DNA of 64,000 nucleotides from NCBI GenBank assembly GCA_963844715.1, contig CAWJPJ010000007.1, positions 1,120,001 to 1,184,000 of the forward strand, in the 5' to 3' direction. Under the pieces are notes generated by a model. The model was given only the letters and a program-made list of their open reading frames with translations. It had not been told where the DNA came from and did not search any database. Source of the DNA: an uncultured Phycisphaerales bacterium. GTDB lineage: Bacteria; Planctomycetota; Phycisphaerae; Tepidisphaerales; Tepidisphaeraceae. The translations under genes and the position numbers were made by a program. Below, piece after piece: positions 11,379 to 20,548 of the stretch; the first letter of the stretch is position 1; each line of letters starts with the position of its first letter.

Positions 11379-12347
11379 ATGCTCAGCGCGAACGATCTTC
11401 AGTGGAGCGAGGCCGGCCGCGTTCCATTGATGCTCGGCGCGGTTCTCCTCGGCGCAGCATCCCTGTTCGGCGTGGCCGATGACGACCACCGATCCCCCGG
11501 CGTGCGCGCATTTTTCTGCTGGATTCCCATCGCCGCCGCCGCCATCTTCGCCGTCGCCCTTCATCGCGCCGACGCCGCCATCACCATCGTCTTCTGCACC
11601 AGCGTCGCGATCCTGTCCCTCATTCAGGGTTTCGTCCTCCTGATCGCCCCAGCCGACGCAACCCCCACTCCCTACCGCCGGCTCTGGCCTTTCGTCATAC
11701 CCGCCGCCTTGCTCGCCCTCCTCGCGGGCTTCGCCGCCAAATTGGAATGGCTTCAAGCCCTGATGTTCCTCTGCGAAGGCGCAGCACTCTTTCTCGCCTG
11801 GATGGAAATCGCCCCCGCCCGCGCAAAAATCTCCTCACATTCCTCGGCTGTCGGAAAAATCAACGGATTCCTCTGGATCGTTCTCGTCGGCATCGGCGCA
11901 ATCGGCGCCAGCCGCGGCGCCCTTCACGTCTCTGCTGCCCTTCCCTATCCCGCGTCCAACCTCGTCATCCTCGCCATCCTCGGCCCGCTCCTGGTCATGC
12001 CCCTGATCGTGCGCGCCTCCGCCCTCGCCCAGCGCCAGGAAGCCTGGGCCGCCACCAGCACCTGCGTCGGCGTCGTCCTCCTCAATCTCTGCCTCCTTTT
12101 TCCCTTGATCATTTTGCTCCGCTATCCCATCGAAGCCACAACCTTGTCCGCCCTCTCCCAGGTTCCCGCCCTCGTTTTCCCGCTCGTCACCTGGCGAGTC
12201 GATAACGTCGTCCTGCTCCTCCTCGCCTTCATCCTCTTGCCCGCCGCGCTCGATCGTTGGCGCCTCGGCCGCGCCGAAGGTCTGACCCTCCTAGGCCTCT
12301 ACCTCGCCTATTTGCTCATGGAAATCGTCGCCGTCCTTCAAGTTTAG
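11379..12347 (+). CDS. Polytopic membrane protein, divergent Na+/Ca2+ exchanger (YrbG/CaCA)-like
   Basis: About 10 hydrophobic segments in two halves; C-terminal RLGRAEGLTLLGLYLAYL resembles YrbG ends; canonical GTSLPE repeats absent. Confidence 0.55.
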   Translation: MLSANDLQWSEAGRVPLMLGAVLLGAASLFGVADDDHRSPGVRAFFCWIPIAAAAIFAVALHRADAAITIVFCTSVAILSLIQGFVLLIAPADATPTPYRRLWPFVIPAALLALLAGFAAKLEWLQALMFLCEGAALFLAWMEIAPARAKISSHSSAVGKINGFLWIVLVGIGAIGASRGALHVSAALPYPASNLVILAILGPLLVMPLIVRASALAQRQEAWAATSTCVGVVLLNLCLLFPLIILLRYPIEATTLSALSQVPALVFPLVTWRVDNVVLLLLAFILLPAALDRWRLGRAEGLTLLGLYLAYLLMEIVAVLQV

Positions 12348-12350
12348 AGA

Positions 12351-12439
12351 TAGAAGCGGTTTCAAAATCTAATGATCCCGCTTGATGCGAGGCGAAAATC
12401 ACCTCGTCGCGGGGCCATTAGGTTTTGAAACCGCTTCTA
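12351..12439. repeat. Palindromic element with TAGAAGCGG...CCGCTTCTA termini
   Basis: TAGAAGCGGTTTCAAAATCTAATG ... CATTAGGTTTTGAAACCGCTTCTA. Confidence 0.8.
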
Positions 12440-12458
12440 GATTGCTAGGATGCCTTCC

Positions 12459-13345
12459 ATGGAACAACCCTGGTCCAAAATTCAAATCGAAAAGAAACCG
12501 CCGGAGACCGAAGTCTTCGACGTCATGGGCGGCTCGGCGCGATGGGAAGTCAAAGTTCACGATCACGGTCTGGTCGCCCTCTGCGACGTCATGCCCCGCT
12601 TCGCCCCCGTCGGCAAGACCGCCGATTTCGCCATCGTCCAGGCCGCCCGAGTCAGCTACGGCCAAGGCACCAAGCAGATCAACGAAGACCGCGGCTTAAT
12701 TCGCTATCTCGCCCGCCATCGCCACACCACCCCCTACGAAATGGTGGAATTCAAATTCCATCACGTCATGCCGATTTTCATCGCCCGCCAATGGATTCGC
12801 CACCGCACCGCCAACGTGAACGAGTATTCCGCAAGATACTCAGTCGTCCCCGATCGCTTCTATCGCCCATCCATCGAAAATGTCCGAAAGCAAAGCACCC
12901 TCAATCGCCAGGGCGGCGACGAGCCCATCGACGAAATCTCCGCCCGTGATTTCCTCGACTATCTCGATCGTGCCCAGGCCCACTACGCCGAATACGAAAA
13001 ATTGCTCGAAAAAGGCGTCTCCCGCGAACTGGCTCGCATCGGCCTTCCCCTCAACGTCTATACCGAGTGGTATTGGAAATGCGACCTGCACAATATTTTC
13101 CATTTCCTCTCCCTGCGGATGGACGCCCACGCCCAGCGGGAGATTCGCGACTACGCCACCGCGATGTTCGCCCTCATCCAGCCCATCGTCCCCATCGCGG
13201 CCGAGGCGTTCATCGATTATCAACTCGGCGGAGTGAATCTCACCCGCCTCGAGATCGACGCCCTGCATCAGGCGAACCGTTGCAATCTCAAAACAAGCGC
13301 GAGCAGGCCGAGTGGGAAGAGAAAAAGAAAAAGTTCGGACGATAA
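12459..13345 (+). CDS. thyX: FAD-dependent thymidylate synthase (frameshift ~13265)
   Basis: AARVSY, HTTPYE, ThyX motif RHRTANVNEYSARY, RELARIGLP, LRMDAHAQREIR. Confidence 0.92.
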
Positions 13346-13361
13346 TGGTGGAGGGTTTGAT

Positions 13362-14171
13362 ATGCCGGTGAATGTTCCCGATCCCCAGGACGGCTGGCGG
13401 ATCTTTCGCATCATGGCCGAGTTCGTCGAAGGATTCGACGCCATGAGCCGCGTCGGCCAGGCCGTCACCATCTTCGGCATGCGCCGCACCAATCCCCGCG
13501 ACGCCTACTTCAAAGCCGCCGAAAAAACCGCCTCCCTACTCGCCCAGGCCGGTTACTCCGTCATCACCGGCGGCGGTCCCGGAATTATGGAGGCCGCCAA
13601 CAAAGGCGCCTACGACGCCGGCGGCCAAAGCGTCGGCCTCAACATCATGCTCCCCCAGGAACAGGAATCCAACCGCTATCAAACCCTCGGCCTCGACTTC
13701 CATTACTTCTACGCCCGCAAAGTCATGTTCGTGAAATACGCCGCCGCCTTCATCTGCTTCCCCGGCGGTTTCGGAACCCTCGACGAATTTTTCGAAACCA
13801 TGACCCTCATCCAGACCCTGAAAATTCCCGCCTTCCCCGTCATTCTCTATGGCACCGCGCATTGGACCGGCCTCGTCGAGTGGATGAAGCAGCAACTGAT
13901 TCCCAAATTCATTGACGCCGAGGACATCGACATCTTCCGCCTCGTCGACACCCCCGAGGACGCCGTCTCTCTGGTCATCGAAAGTCGCCAGCGCTATTGG
14001 TGGCAGCCCCAGGACGAAATGCTCCTCAACGCCTCCACCAACGGATCCCGCGGCAAGGGCCCCATGTCCAGCGCCGCCGCCACCCAAACCGGCGAAGGCA
14101 CCCGTTACGGCAAACGCCCCAAACGCTCCCAAAAACGCCATGCCGCCCCAGAGCGTAAGCCCCAGCAATAG
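13362..14171 (+). CDS. LOG family protein (TIGR00730 Rossmann fold)
   Basis: WRIFRIMAEFVEGF, TGGGPGIMEAANKGA, FPGGFGTLDE; own GGAGG RBS. Confidence 0.9.
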   Translation: MPVNVPDPQDGWRIFRIMAEFVEGFDAMSRVGQAVTIFGMRRTNPRDAYFKAAEKTASLLAQAGYSVITGGGPGIMEAANKGAYDAGGQSVGLNIMLPQEQESNRYQTLGLDFHYFYARKVMFVKYAAAFICFPGGFGTLDEFFETMTLIQTLKIPAFPVILYGTAHWTGLVEWMKQQLIPKFIDAEDIDIFRLVDTPEDAVSLVIESRQRYWWQPQDEMLLNASTNGSRGKGPMSSAAATQTGEGTRYGKRPKRSQKRHAAPERKPQQ

Positions 14172-14221
14172 CGTTATTTATTAGACGTACCGCCCCAACC
14201 CGATCAAAAAGCGGATTCATT

Positions 14222-14251
14222 TTGACAAGCCTCGATCCAGGCGGTTAAATT
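14222..14251 (+). promoter_or_regulatory. Putative sigma70 promoter
   Basis: TTGACA (14222-14227), 18-bp spacer, TAAATT (14246-14251). Confidence 0.5.
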
Positions 14252-14311
14252 ACCCCTCGCTCGCCCAAGTTTGTGGCCCCTGGCCGGCGGAATTCCAACG
14301 AGGAAATCGTC

Positions 14312-14524
14312 ATGAAAAAGCCGTTCCTTTGTCTGCTGTCTCTAGCTATGTTCGGAATGAGCGGTTGCCTCGAACCCCCGGGATATTCCACCAAGCAGCG
14401 CTTCGCCCAGATCGGCAACGCCAGCACCTACAATCTCCAGATGATCGACGACGATATCGACCAGTGCCTCCTCTTGCGCCCCGCGTCCCATCTCACCGAC
14501 TGGAACGTCATCCACACTTATTAA
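14312..14524 (+). CDS. Small lipoprotein (70 aa)
   Basis: GAGGA RBS; MKK + hydrophobic stretch + lipobox MSGC; flanked by promoter and terminator. Confidence 0.7.
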   Translation: MKKPFLCLLSLAMFGMSGCLEPPGYSTKQRFAQIGNASTYNLQMIDDDIDQCLLLRPASHLTDWNVIHTY

Positions 14525-14554
14525 TCGCACAAGCCAACTTAAAGAAAACGAACC

Positions 14555-14597
14555 GGCTCCGCCCGCGTCTAACCCGCGCGGCGGAGCCATTTCTTTT
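14555..14597 (+). terminator. Intrinsic terminator
   Basis: GGCTCCGCCCGCG...CGCGCGGCGGAGCC stem followed by ATTTCTTTT. Confidence 0.65.
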
Positions 14598-14664
14598 CAG
14601 GAGTCGTCATAGAGTCGAAGACAGGCCTTATACGGATTCTACTTCAAACCCGCGCGCCCTCTTA

Positions 14665-14705
14665 TCCCTTCTACCTGTACTCGGCGAGAGCGTCAGGGTG
14701 AGGGG
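14665..14705 (+). repeat. CCCTCTCCC-GTAC-GGGAGAGGG..GGGTGAGGG repeat family, degenerate copy
   Basis: CCCTTCTACCTGTACTCGGCGAGAGCGTCAGGGTGAGGGG. Confidence 0.6.
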
Positions 14706-15022
14706 CCAGCACGACGCTCTATTCCGCCGAACTAAGGCCGGAAGAAATGTCGATGTAGCTGTATTTCGACAGGATTGGCCGGACCTTACTATGCCAGCAC
14801 TCGACAATCTGTGCATAATGGTTGCGACCCGCCTCATCGAAAATCGGAGCGACGTCCGCGTTGAGTATCTTTGAGCCTCCGATGGTCTCCACCCCAACGC
14901 TAAGGGCTGCATACGCACCTTCTATAATTTTGACAAAATCATCCACGAGGGCTGGCCTATTTAGTTGAAGGTGCGTCTTTGCGGAGGTAAACGCAGACAT
15001 GAATCGCAACGCCGTCGGAGAT

Positions 15023-15273
15023 AAATGAAACAGGGACGCAGCTAGAAATGCAACGCTGACGCAGCCATCTCTGCCGATCCCACCTGATTTCCCGCTTCAG
15101 ATTCAGAAAACTGGCAACTGGCAACTAACAACTGGCAACTACTCCCAGAAATGAAACGGGGACGCAGCTAGAAATGCAACGCTGATGCAGCCAGCTTTGC
15201 CGATCCCAGCTGATTTCCCGCTTCAGATTCAGAAAACTGGCAACTGGCAACTAACAACTGGCAACTACTCCCA
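15023..15273 (+). repeat. Tandem duplication, 126-bp period, each unit ending in a 7-nt (CTGGCAA) array
   Basis: AAATGAAAC(A/G)GGGACGCAGCTAGAAATGCAACGCTG...ACTGGCAACTGGCAACTAACAACTGGCAACTACTCCCA at 15023 and 15149. Confidence 0.92.
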
Positions 15274-15805
15274 ATTCACCATTCATCGCTCATCATTTCC
15301 CCCAACTCTTCTTTTTCCCGAATTTGAATTTCGTATTCCCTTCGTGCCTTCGTCGCTTCGTCCCTGTTCCCCACTTAGACTCTTCGTCTTGTATTAAAGA
15401 AATTCCATATTTCGAATTTGCGTCTGCCACGCGCAACCGCCCCCCATACCATCACTTGTGAGTCCCCAAAAAATTAAATCTTCTTGCTGAATACACATGC
15501 ATTTTCTTTTATTTGTTCCCCCATGCCCCTTTTTGGCCCCCCAATGCTCCCCCTGCTCCCCGTGGGCAACTGGCAACCCAAAACCAGCAACCGTCTGTTG
15601 AACATTAACTAAACACCCCAACCCTTTCCCCACACGATTCTTGCGAGAAAAACCGAGCATAATTTGAGCTTCCCAGAAGTCCCGCCCCCGCGCAGACCCC
15701 CACCCTTTTCCAAGAAATGAATTATTTCCCCCCTCTAGTTTCCAGCTTCCAGCCTCAAGCCTCTAGCCAAGCCCCACCCTTTTCCAGAAATCGTTTCCCT
15801 AGCCT

Positions 15806-15991
15806 CTAGCTGACCATCCGCAATTTCCCCGGCTTCTTCGTAAACGACGCAATCCGCTTCTCATGCGCTTGCGCATCCTGAAGGTGCTTCAGATATTGCT
15901 GCAAATCCCCGTCGTCAAATTGCGATAAGAACTGTTCCGTAGCGGTGTTATTGAGCGCCTGAATCTGTTCGATCAGTTGACGTTTGCTCAT
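15806..15991 (-). CDS. Small hypothetical protein (61 aa)
   Basis: GAGGG RBS, ATG, protein-like helical composition, no competing ORF. Confidence 0.65.
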   Translation of the reverse strand: MSKRQLIEQIQALNNTATEQFLSQFDDGDLQQYLKHLQDAQAHEKRIASFTKKPGKLRMVS

Positions 15992-16071
15992 GATGGATTT
16001 ACCCTCAAAAAAGGCTTCGGTCCTGCTCAGGGATCGGACAAGGCGAGGCTCAAACTTGAAATCCGGCCGGC

Positions 16072-16884
16072 ATGACCCAATCGAAACTGCCCGAAACCAC
16101 TCCTGAACCCGTTCGGCACCCCGACCCCGCCGCCGACACCGAGCCCCTCCTCCATCTCCATAAGATGTCCACCACCGCCGGCGTCGGCACCCAGGATTAC
16201 GTCGCCGTCAACGTGACGGCCGTCGTCGCCGTCGTCTTTGGATTGGCCAGTCCCCTCTGCGTTTTCGGATACCTGCTTCTCATTATTCCCATCGTGGGAG
16301 TCGTCTTAAGCCTCGTTGCCCTGCATCAAATTCGCCACAGCAACGGAACCCAGACCGGCCGCGGCATCGCCTGGACCGGTCTGATCCTCGCCGGCGGAAT
16401 CACCCTGGGCATCGGCGGCTATCGCGCCCTCACCGCTCTTCATCTCCGGTCCGACGAAAACGCCATCGCCTCCCTCTCCTCTCAATTCGGGCAGGACGTC
16501 GCCAGCGGGAACTACGATCAGGCTTATTCGCTCTTCGACGCCGCCTTTCAGGCCCGCATCCCCCTCGATCAATTCCGCAGCCGGCTCAAATCCCTTCAAG
16601 CCGGAGGCATGGTTCCCACCATCAAATCCATGTCCTGGAACGGCCTGGCTGATTTCAGCACCAACTCGGACGGCGCCGAAAAAGCCGTCACCATGATCAT
16701 CGTTCGCTATACCGACACCGACAGCGACGACGATGCCCCCCGAATGGAGGCAAATTTCCTTCGCGATCCCGACGGCTGGCGCATCGACAGCCTCGGCGAC
16801 ATCTTCCCGCCCCCGCCCGAGCCCAAGGCCCCCATCGACCAGTCGCGCTGGGGGGATCCCCGTCCCATCCCCGTTCAAGCCTAA
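16072..16884 (+). CDS. DUF4190-like membrane protein with periplasmic C-terminal domain
   Basis: AVVAVVFGLAS..IVGVVLSLVALHQIRHSNGTQTGRGIAWTGLIL pattern. Confidence 0.7.
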   Translation: MTQSKLPETTPEPVRHPDPAADTEPLLHLHKMSTTAGVGTQDYVAVNVTAVVAVVFGLASPLCVFGYLLLIIPIVGVVLSLVALHQIRHSNGTQTGRGIAWTGLILAGGITLGIGGYRALTALHLRSDENAIASLSSQFGQDVASGNYDQAYSLFDAAFQARIPLDQFRSRLKSLQAGGMVPTIKSMSWNGLADFSTNSDGAEKAVTMIIVRYTDTDSDDDAPRMEANFLRDPDGWRIDSLGDIFPPPPEPKAPIDQSRWGDPRPIPVQA

Positions 16885-17004
16885 AGCCTGAATCGTCCGA
16901 TAATTCTGAAACGGGAGACACTCCGCCGGTGCCTTACCCGTTGCCTGATTCCTGCCGATACCGCCGATGGGCGTGCGTTGCCATCTATGCGTTCGGTGAG
17001 GTTT

Positions 17005-18146
17005 ATGATGCTTGCAAAAAAGCCAAAAAATGCGTCGTTGGGATTCGTAGCCGCATTGTTTATGCTCGCAGGCGGGGGATGCTCCATGGAGAGTCCCGCG
17101 CCCACGCCGGCGGCCGCCCGTCGCCATAATCGAGCGGCCCGCAGTGCAACCGACCGCCCACAGCGACTCCCTCAACGTCTTCGGTGAATTCGACGGCGTC
17201 GAACGCACCCTCGCTCACGCCTACGGCGAGGCGGGATTCCAGCAACACACCTTTCTCGATGAGGGTTACGACTGCGACGTCAACGTCGACCCCACCGGAA
17301 AATGGATCGTCTTCGCCAGCACGCGCGACAGCGGCCATCCCAATCTCTATCTCCAGCGCGCCGATGGAAACTCCGTCATCCAGTTGACCAACGACGAGGC
17401 CGATTACGCCTATCCCACTTTCAGCCCCGACGGCAAGCAGATCGCCTTCTGCTCCACCCGCGGCGGGAACTGGGACATCTACGTCATGGACGTCGATGGA
17501 AAAAACACCGTCCAGATCACCACCGGTCCCATGCAGCACGTCCATCCCAGCTTCAGTCCCGACGGCGGACGGCTCGCCTATAGCTGCCTCGGCTCCAAGA
17601 GCGGGCAGTGGGAACTCTGGACCGTCGATCTCAGCACCGGCGAAAAGCGCATGATCGGTTTCGGTTTGTTCCCCAACTGGTCCCCCGAAAAAGATGTCGA
17701 TCGCATCGCCTTCCAGCGCGCACCGCCAGCGCGGAAGCCGCTGGTTCAGCCTCTGGACGCTCGACCTCGCTGACGGCGAAGCCCGCCAGGTCACCGAAGT
17801 TGCCGTCTCCAGTAATGCCGCCATCGTCGCCCCCAGTTGGAGCCCCGACGGCAAGAAGATCGCCTTCGCAACCATTGCCCAGCCAAACAATGATTCCGCC
17901 GGAAAAACCGGCGGCCAGCAGGACATCTGGACCATCGACGCCGACGGCTCCAATCGCCATCGCGTCACCGACGGAATCGGCATGAATCTCAGCCCCTGCT
18001 GGTCCGCCGACAATCAGATTTATTTCATCAGCGACCGGTGCGGCTCCGAGTGCGTCTGGTCCGTCAGGGATGACGGCGCCGCCGCCCCGCCCAGGGTCGC
18101 CGAAAAATCGCACGGCGAATCGGTCGGCGACGCGAGCGGAAACTAG
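17005..18146 (+). CDS. TolB-like beta-propeller (PD40 repeat) lipoprotein, frameshifted
   Basis: Lipobox-like AGGGC; repeats PTFSPDGKQIAF, PSFSPDGGRLAY, PSWSPDGKKIAF. Confidence 0.85.
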
Positions 18147-18179
18147 TGAACCCCGGACCCCAGCTTCAAGGATGAGGCG

Positions 18180-18908
18180 ATGAAACCCACTGCACGGATG
18201 TTGCTCGGAATCGTGGCGATCTCAACGTTCTGGACCGCGGGTTGCAATACCCTCCCGCCGCCCAAGCCGTACGGCGCCGAAACGCAGTTATTTCTGCCCG
18301 GCCAGCATACGCTCGTCTGGGCGGTGGCTCCGACCATTAACCTCAGCGGCCAGAGCCACGTTGATCCGCTGTTGCAAAGCGACCTGGTTTTTTCGGAATT
18401 GCAGCAAGTGCACGGACTAACCGTCATACCCGTCGATCGAGTGGTGGAAGTCTACGCCAGCGTCCGCATCGACAAGGTCGAGAACGAGGCCCAGGCCGCC
18501 CGGATCTGCGATCTCCTCGGCTGCGACGGCCTGGTCGTTCCCACCATCACCATGTACGACCCCTACGACCCCCCGAAAATGGCCGCCAGCCTCCAGCTCT
18601 TCGCCAAGCCCGGAACCGTCCAGCAAACGCAGTTGCTCGATCCGCATGAACTGGATCGCAGCGCCACCGTCGATCCGATGAACATGCCCCAGCCCGAGCA
18701 CATCGTGCAGGCCGTCGGCATGTTCGACGCCAACGAGGGAACCGTCCGCCAGCGCACCACCGCCTACGCCGCCGGACGCACCGATCCAAACGGACCCATG
18801 GGTGACCGCGAAATCTATCTGGACATGAGCCGCTACGGCGGATTCGTCTACCACGAACTCATCCGCCAGTTATTGGTCCAGCTCGTTCCCGTGGCCAGCG
18901 CTCAATAA
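18180..18908 (+). CDS. Hypothetical lipoprotein
   Basis: Lipobox TAGC; intact ORF with host codon usage. Confidence 0.75.
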   Translation: MKPTARMLLGIVAISTFWTAGCNTLPPPKPYGAETQLFLPGQHTLVWAVAPTINLSGQSHVDPLLQSDLVFSELQQVHGLTVIPVDRVVEVYASVRIDKVENEAQAARICDLLGCDGLVVPTITMYDPYDPPKMAASLQLFAKPGTVQQTQLLDPHELDRSATVDPMNMPQPEHIVQAVGMFDANEGTVRQRTTAYAAGRTDPNGPMGDREIYLDMSRYGGFVYHELIRQLLVQLVPVASAQ

Positions 18909-18929
18909 AAACGTGAGGGAGAGCAACAC

Positions 18930-19148
18930 ATGGCAAACATAAAAACCCTGAGCCTCGTCAAAGGACGACATCAGTACTGCTTTCGCTATGAAGTGGGGCA
19001 GGAATCACAAGTACTTGAGGCGCTTGTAGATATGGTCCATCGCCGCGAATTGGCCTTCGATTGGTTCGACGCCGCCGTCCTTTCTCATCAGCTCGGCCAG
19101 CATTTGGCAAAAGAATTGAAGGCGTTCTTGCCGAAAAAAGCTGCATAA
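18930..19148 (+). CDS. Small hypothetical protein (72 aa)
   Basis: GAGGGAGA RBS; globular composition (LSLVKG..FRY..FDWFDAAVLS). Confidence 0.75.
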   Translation: MANIKTLSLVKGRHQYCFRYEVGQESQVLEALVDMVHRRELAFDWFDAAVLSHQLGQHLAKELKAFLPKKAA

Positions 19149-19327
19149 GGATTATCGGGTCGTCGAGATAGGTCGCGCCAGGATGGCCGGAACCTCGAAT
19201 CGGATGACCCACCGTGAGACGGTTTGTCTCACTGTAGGACGGGGACCGTCCTACATGCGGGCTGCCCGCGGCGCCGGCCGGGCGGCATAAAAATGTTTCC
19301 GATCCCTCGCCACAGGCGACCGGTCCT

Positions 19328-20395
19328 ATGAATCCCACCATCGTATTGCCCGCTACGGCGGGTGCCGGCGACAAACTCGCGGAAAAGAACTTCTCTCCTC
19401 TGGTCCGCCAGTTCCTCGATTACCTCAAGCTCGAAAAACACTTCAGCGATTACACCGTCAAGAGTTACGGCGCCGATCTCATCCAGTTCGGCCAGTTCCT
19501 CTCCGGTGAAATCGGACGCGGCGCGGGAGACCAGAAACCCGTCCCCGTCGCGGGCGATTCGCTCGATCAGCGCCACATCAATTGCGATGCGCTCACGATC
19601 CGCGAATTCCTCAACTACCTCTACGGCCAGAACTACACCAAGAGCACCACGGCGCGAAAGCTCGCCACCCTGCGCAGCTTTTACAAGTTCCTCATCCGCC
19701 GCGAGATCCTCCAGGCCAATCCCCTGGCCACTATTCGCACGCCCAAGCAGGAAAAACGCCTGCCCAAGTGTCTCGACCTCGAACAGGTCCAGAAGCTCCT
19801 CGACGCCCCCGGCGACGGCGACCTTCTCAGCGCCCGCGACAAGGCTATGCTCGAAGTCCTCTATAGCAGTGGCATTCGAGTCAGCGAGCTCGTCGAACTG
19901 GAGATGAGCGACCTCGATCTCCAGGAAGGCGTCCTCCGCGTCCGCGGCAAGGGCCGCAAGGACCGCCTCACCCCCATCGGCTCACAGGCCATCAAGGCCC
20001 TCCAACGCTATTTCGAACTCCGCGCCGTCGATACCAAGAGCCAGGGCAACCACAATCACCGCGTCTTCCTAAACAAGCACGGCGAGCCCCTCAGCACCCG
20101 CTCCGTCCGCCGCAAACTCGACAAATATCTCATGGCCGCGGGCCTAGATCCCGGTATCAGCCCGCACACCCTGCGCCACAGCTTCGCAACGCACCTGCTC
20201 AACAACGGCGCCGACCTGCGCAGCGTCCAGGAGCTGTTAGGCCACCAGAGCCTCAGCACCACGCAAATCTACACGCACCTGACGACTCAGCGGATGAAGG
20301 AAGCCTACGACTCGGCCCACCCCAGGTCTGGCGTATCCATCCCACACCCAGCGGCCCAGGTGCGCCCAATCTATCAGCCGGCCAAAACCGCCTGA
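19328..20395 (+). CDS. xerC: Tyrosine recombinase XerC
   Basis: RKLATLRSFYKFL, RDKAMLEVLYSSGIRVSEL, GKGRK, HTLRHSFATHLL, LLGH, TTQIYTH. Confidence 0.88.
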   Translation: MNPTIVLPATAGAGDKLAEKNFSPLVRQFLDYLKLEKHFSDYTVKSYGADLIQFGQFLSGEIGRGAGDQKPVPVAGDSLDQRHINCDALTIREFLNYLYGQNYTKSTTARKLATLRSFYKFLIRREILQANPLATIRTPKQEKRLPKCLDLEQVQKLLDAPGDGDLLSARDKAMLEVLYSSGIRVSELVELEMSDLDLQEGVLRVRGKGRKDRLTPIGSQAIKALQRYFELRAVDTKSQGNHNHRVFLNKHGEPLSTRSVRRKLDKYLMAAGLDPGISPHTLRHSFATHLLNNGADLRSVQELLGHQSLSTTQIYTHLTTQRMKEAYDSAHPRSGVSIPHPAAQVRPIYQPAKTA

Positions 20396-20422
20396 TATTG
20401 CTCTATCAATAAACTCGATCTT

Positions 20423-20453
20423 CAAAACCCCGCACGAAAGTGCGGGGTTTTTC
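20423..20453. terminator. Bidirectional intrinsic terminator after xerC
   Basis: AAAACCCCGCAC-GAAA-GTGCGGGGTTTTT. Confidence 0.9.
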
Positions 20454-20467
20454 ATTGTTGCATTTTT

Positions 20468-20511
20468 CCCCTCTCCCCATGTACCCATGGGGAGAGGGCC
20501 AGGGTGAGGGG
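20468..20511 (+). repeat. CCCTCTCCC-GTAC-GGGAGAGGG repeat family copy
   Basis: CCCCTCTCCCCATGTACCCATGGGGAGAGGGCCAGGGTGAGGGG. Confidence 0.85.
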
Positions 20512-20548
20512 CAATCTTTCGAACGCAAGTCGGTATTCCAATACCCAG

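Noticed and set aside
12450..14171. Apparent 573-aa ThyX-LOG fusion
   Set aside because: A one-base shift at ~13265 restores a natural ThyX end (..NKREQAEWEEKKKKFGR*, 13345), and the LOG gene has its own RBS and ATG at 13362
15023..15273. Possible CRISPR array (also considered 36050-36530 and 40956-41215)
   Set aside because: Units are whole tandem duplications or short-period microsatellites with no constant 25-40-nt repeat and unique equal-length spacers; no cas genes
19328..20395. Tyrosine recombinase as a prophage or island integrase
   Set aside because: XerC-type motifs, host codon usage, and no att sites or phage genes nearby
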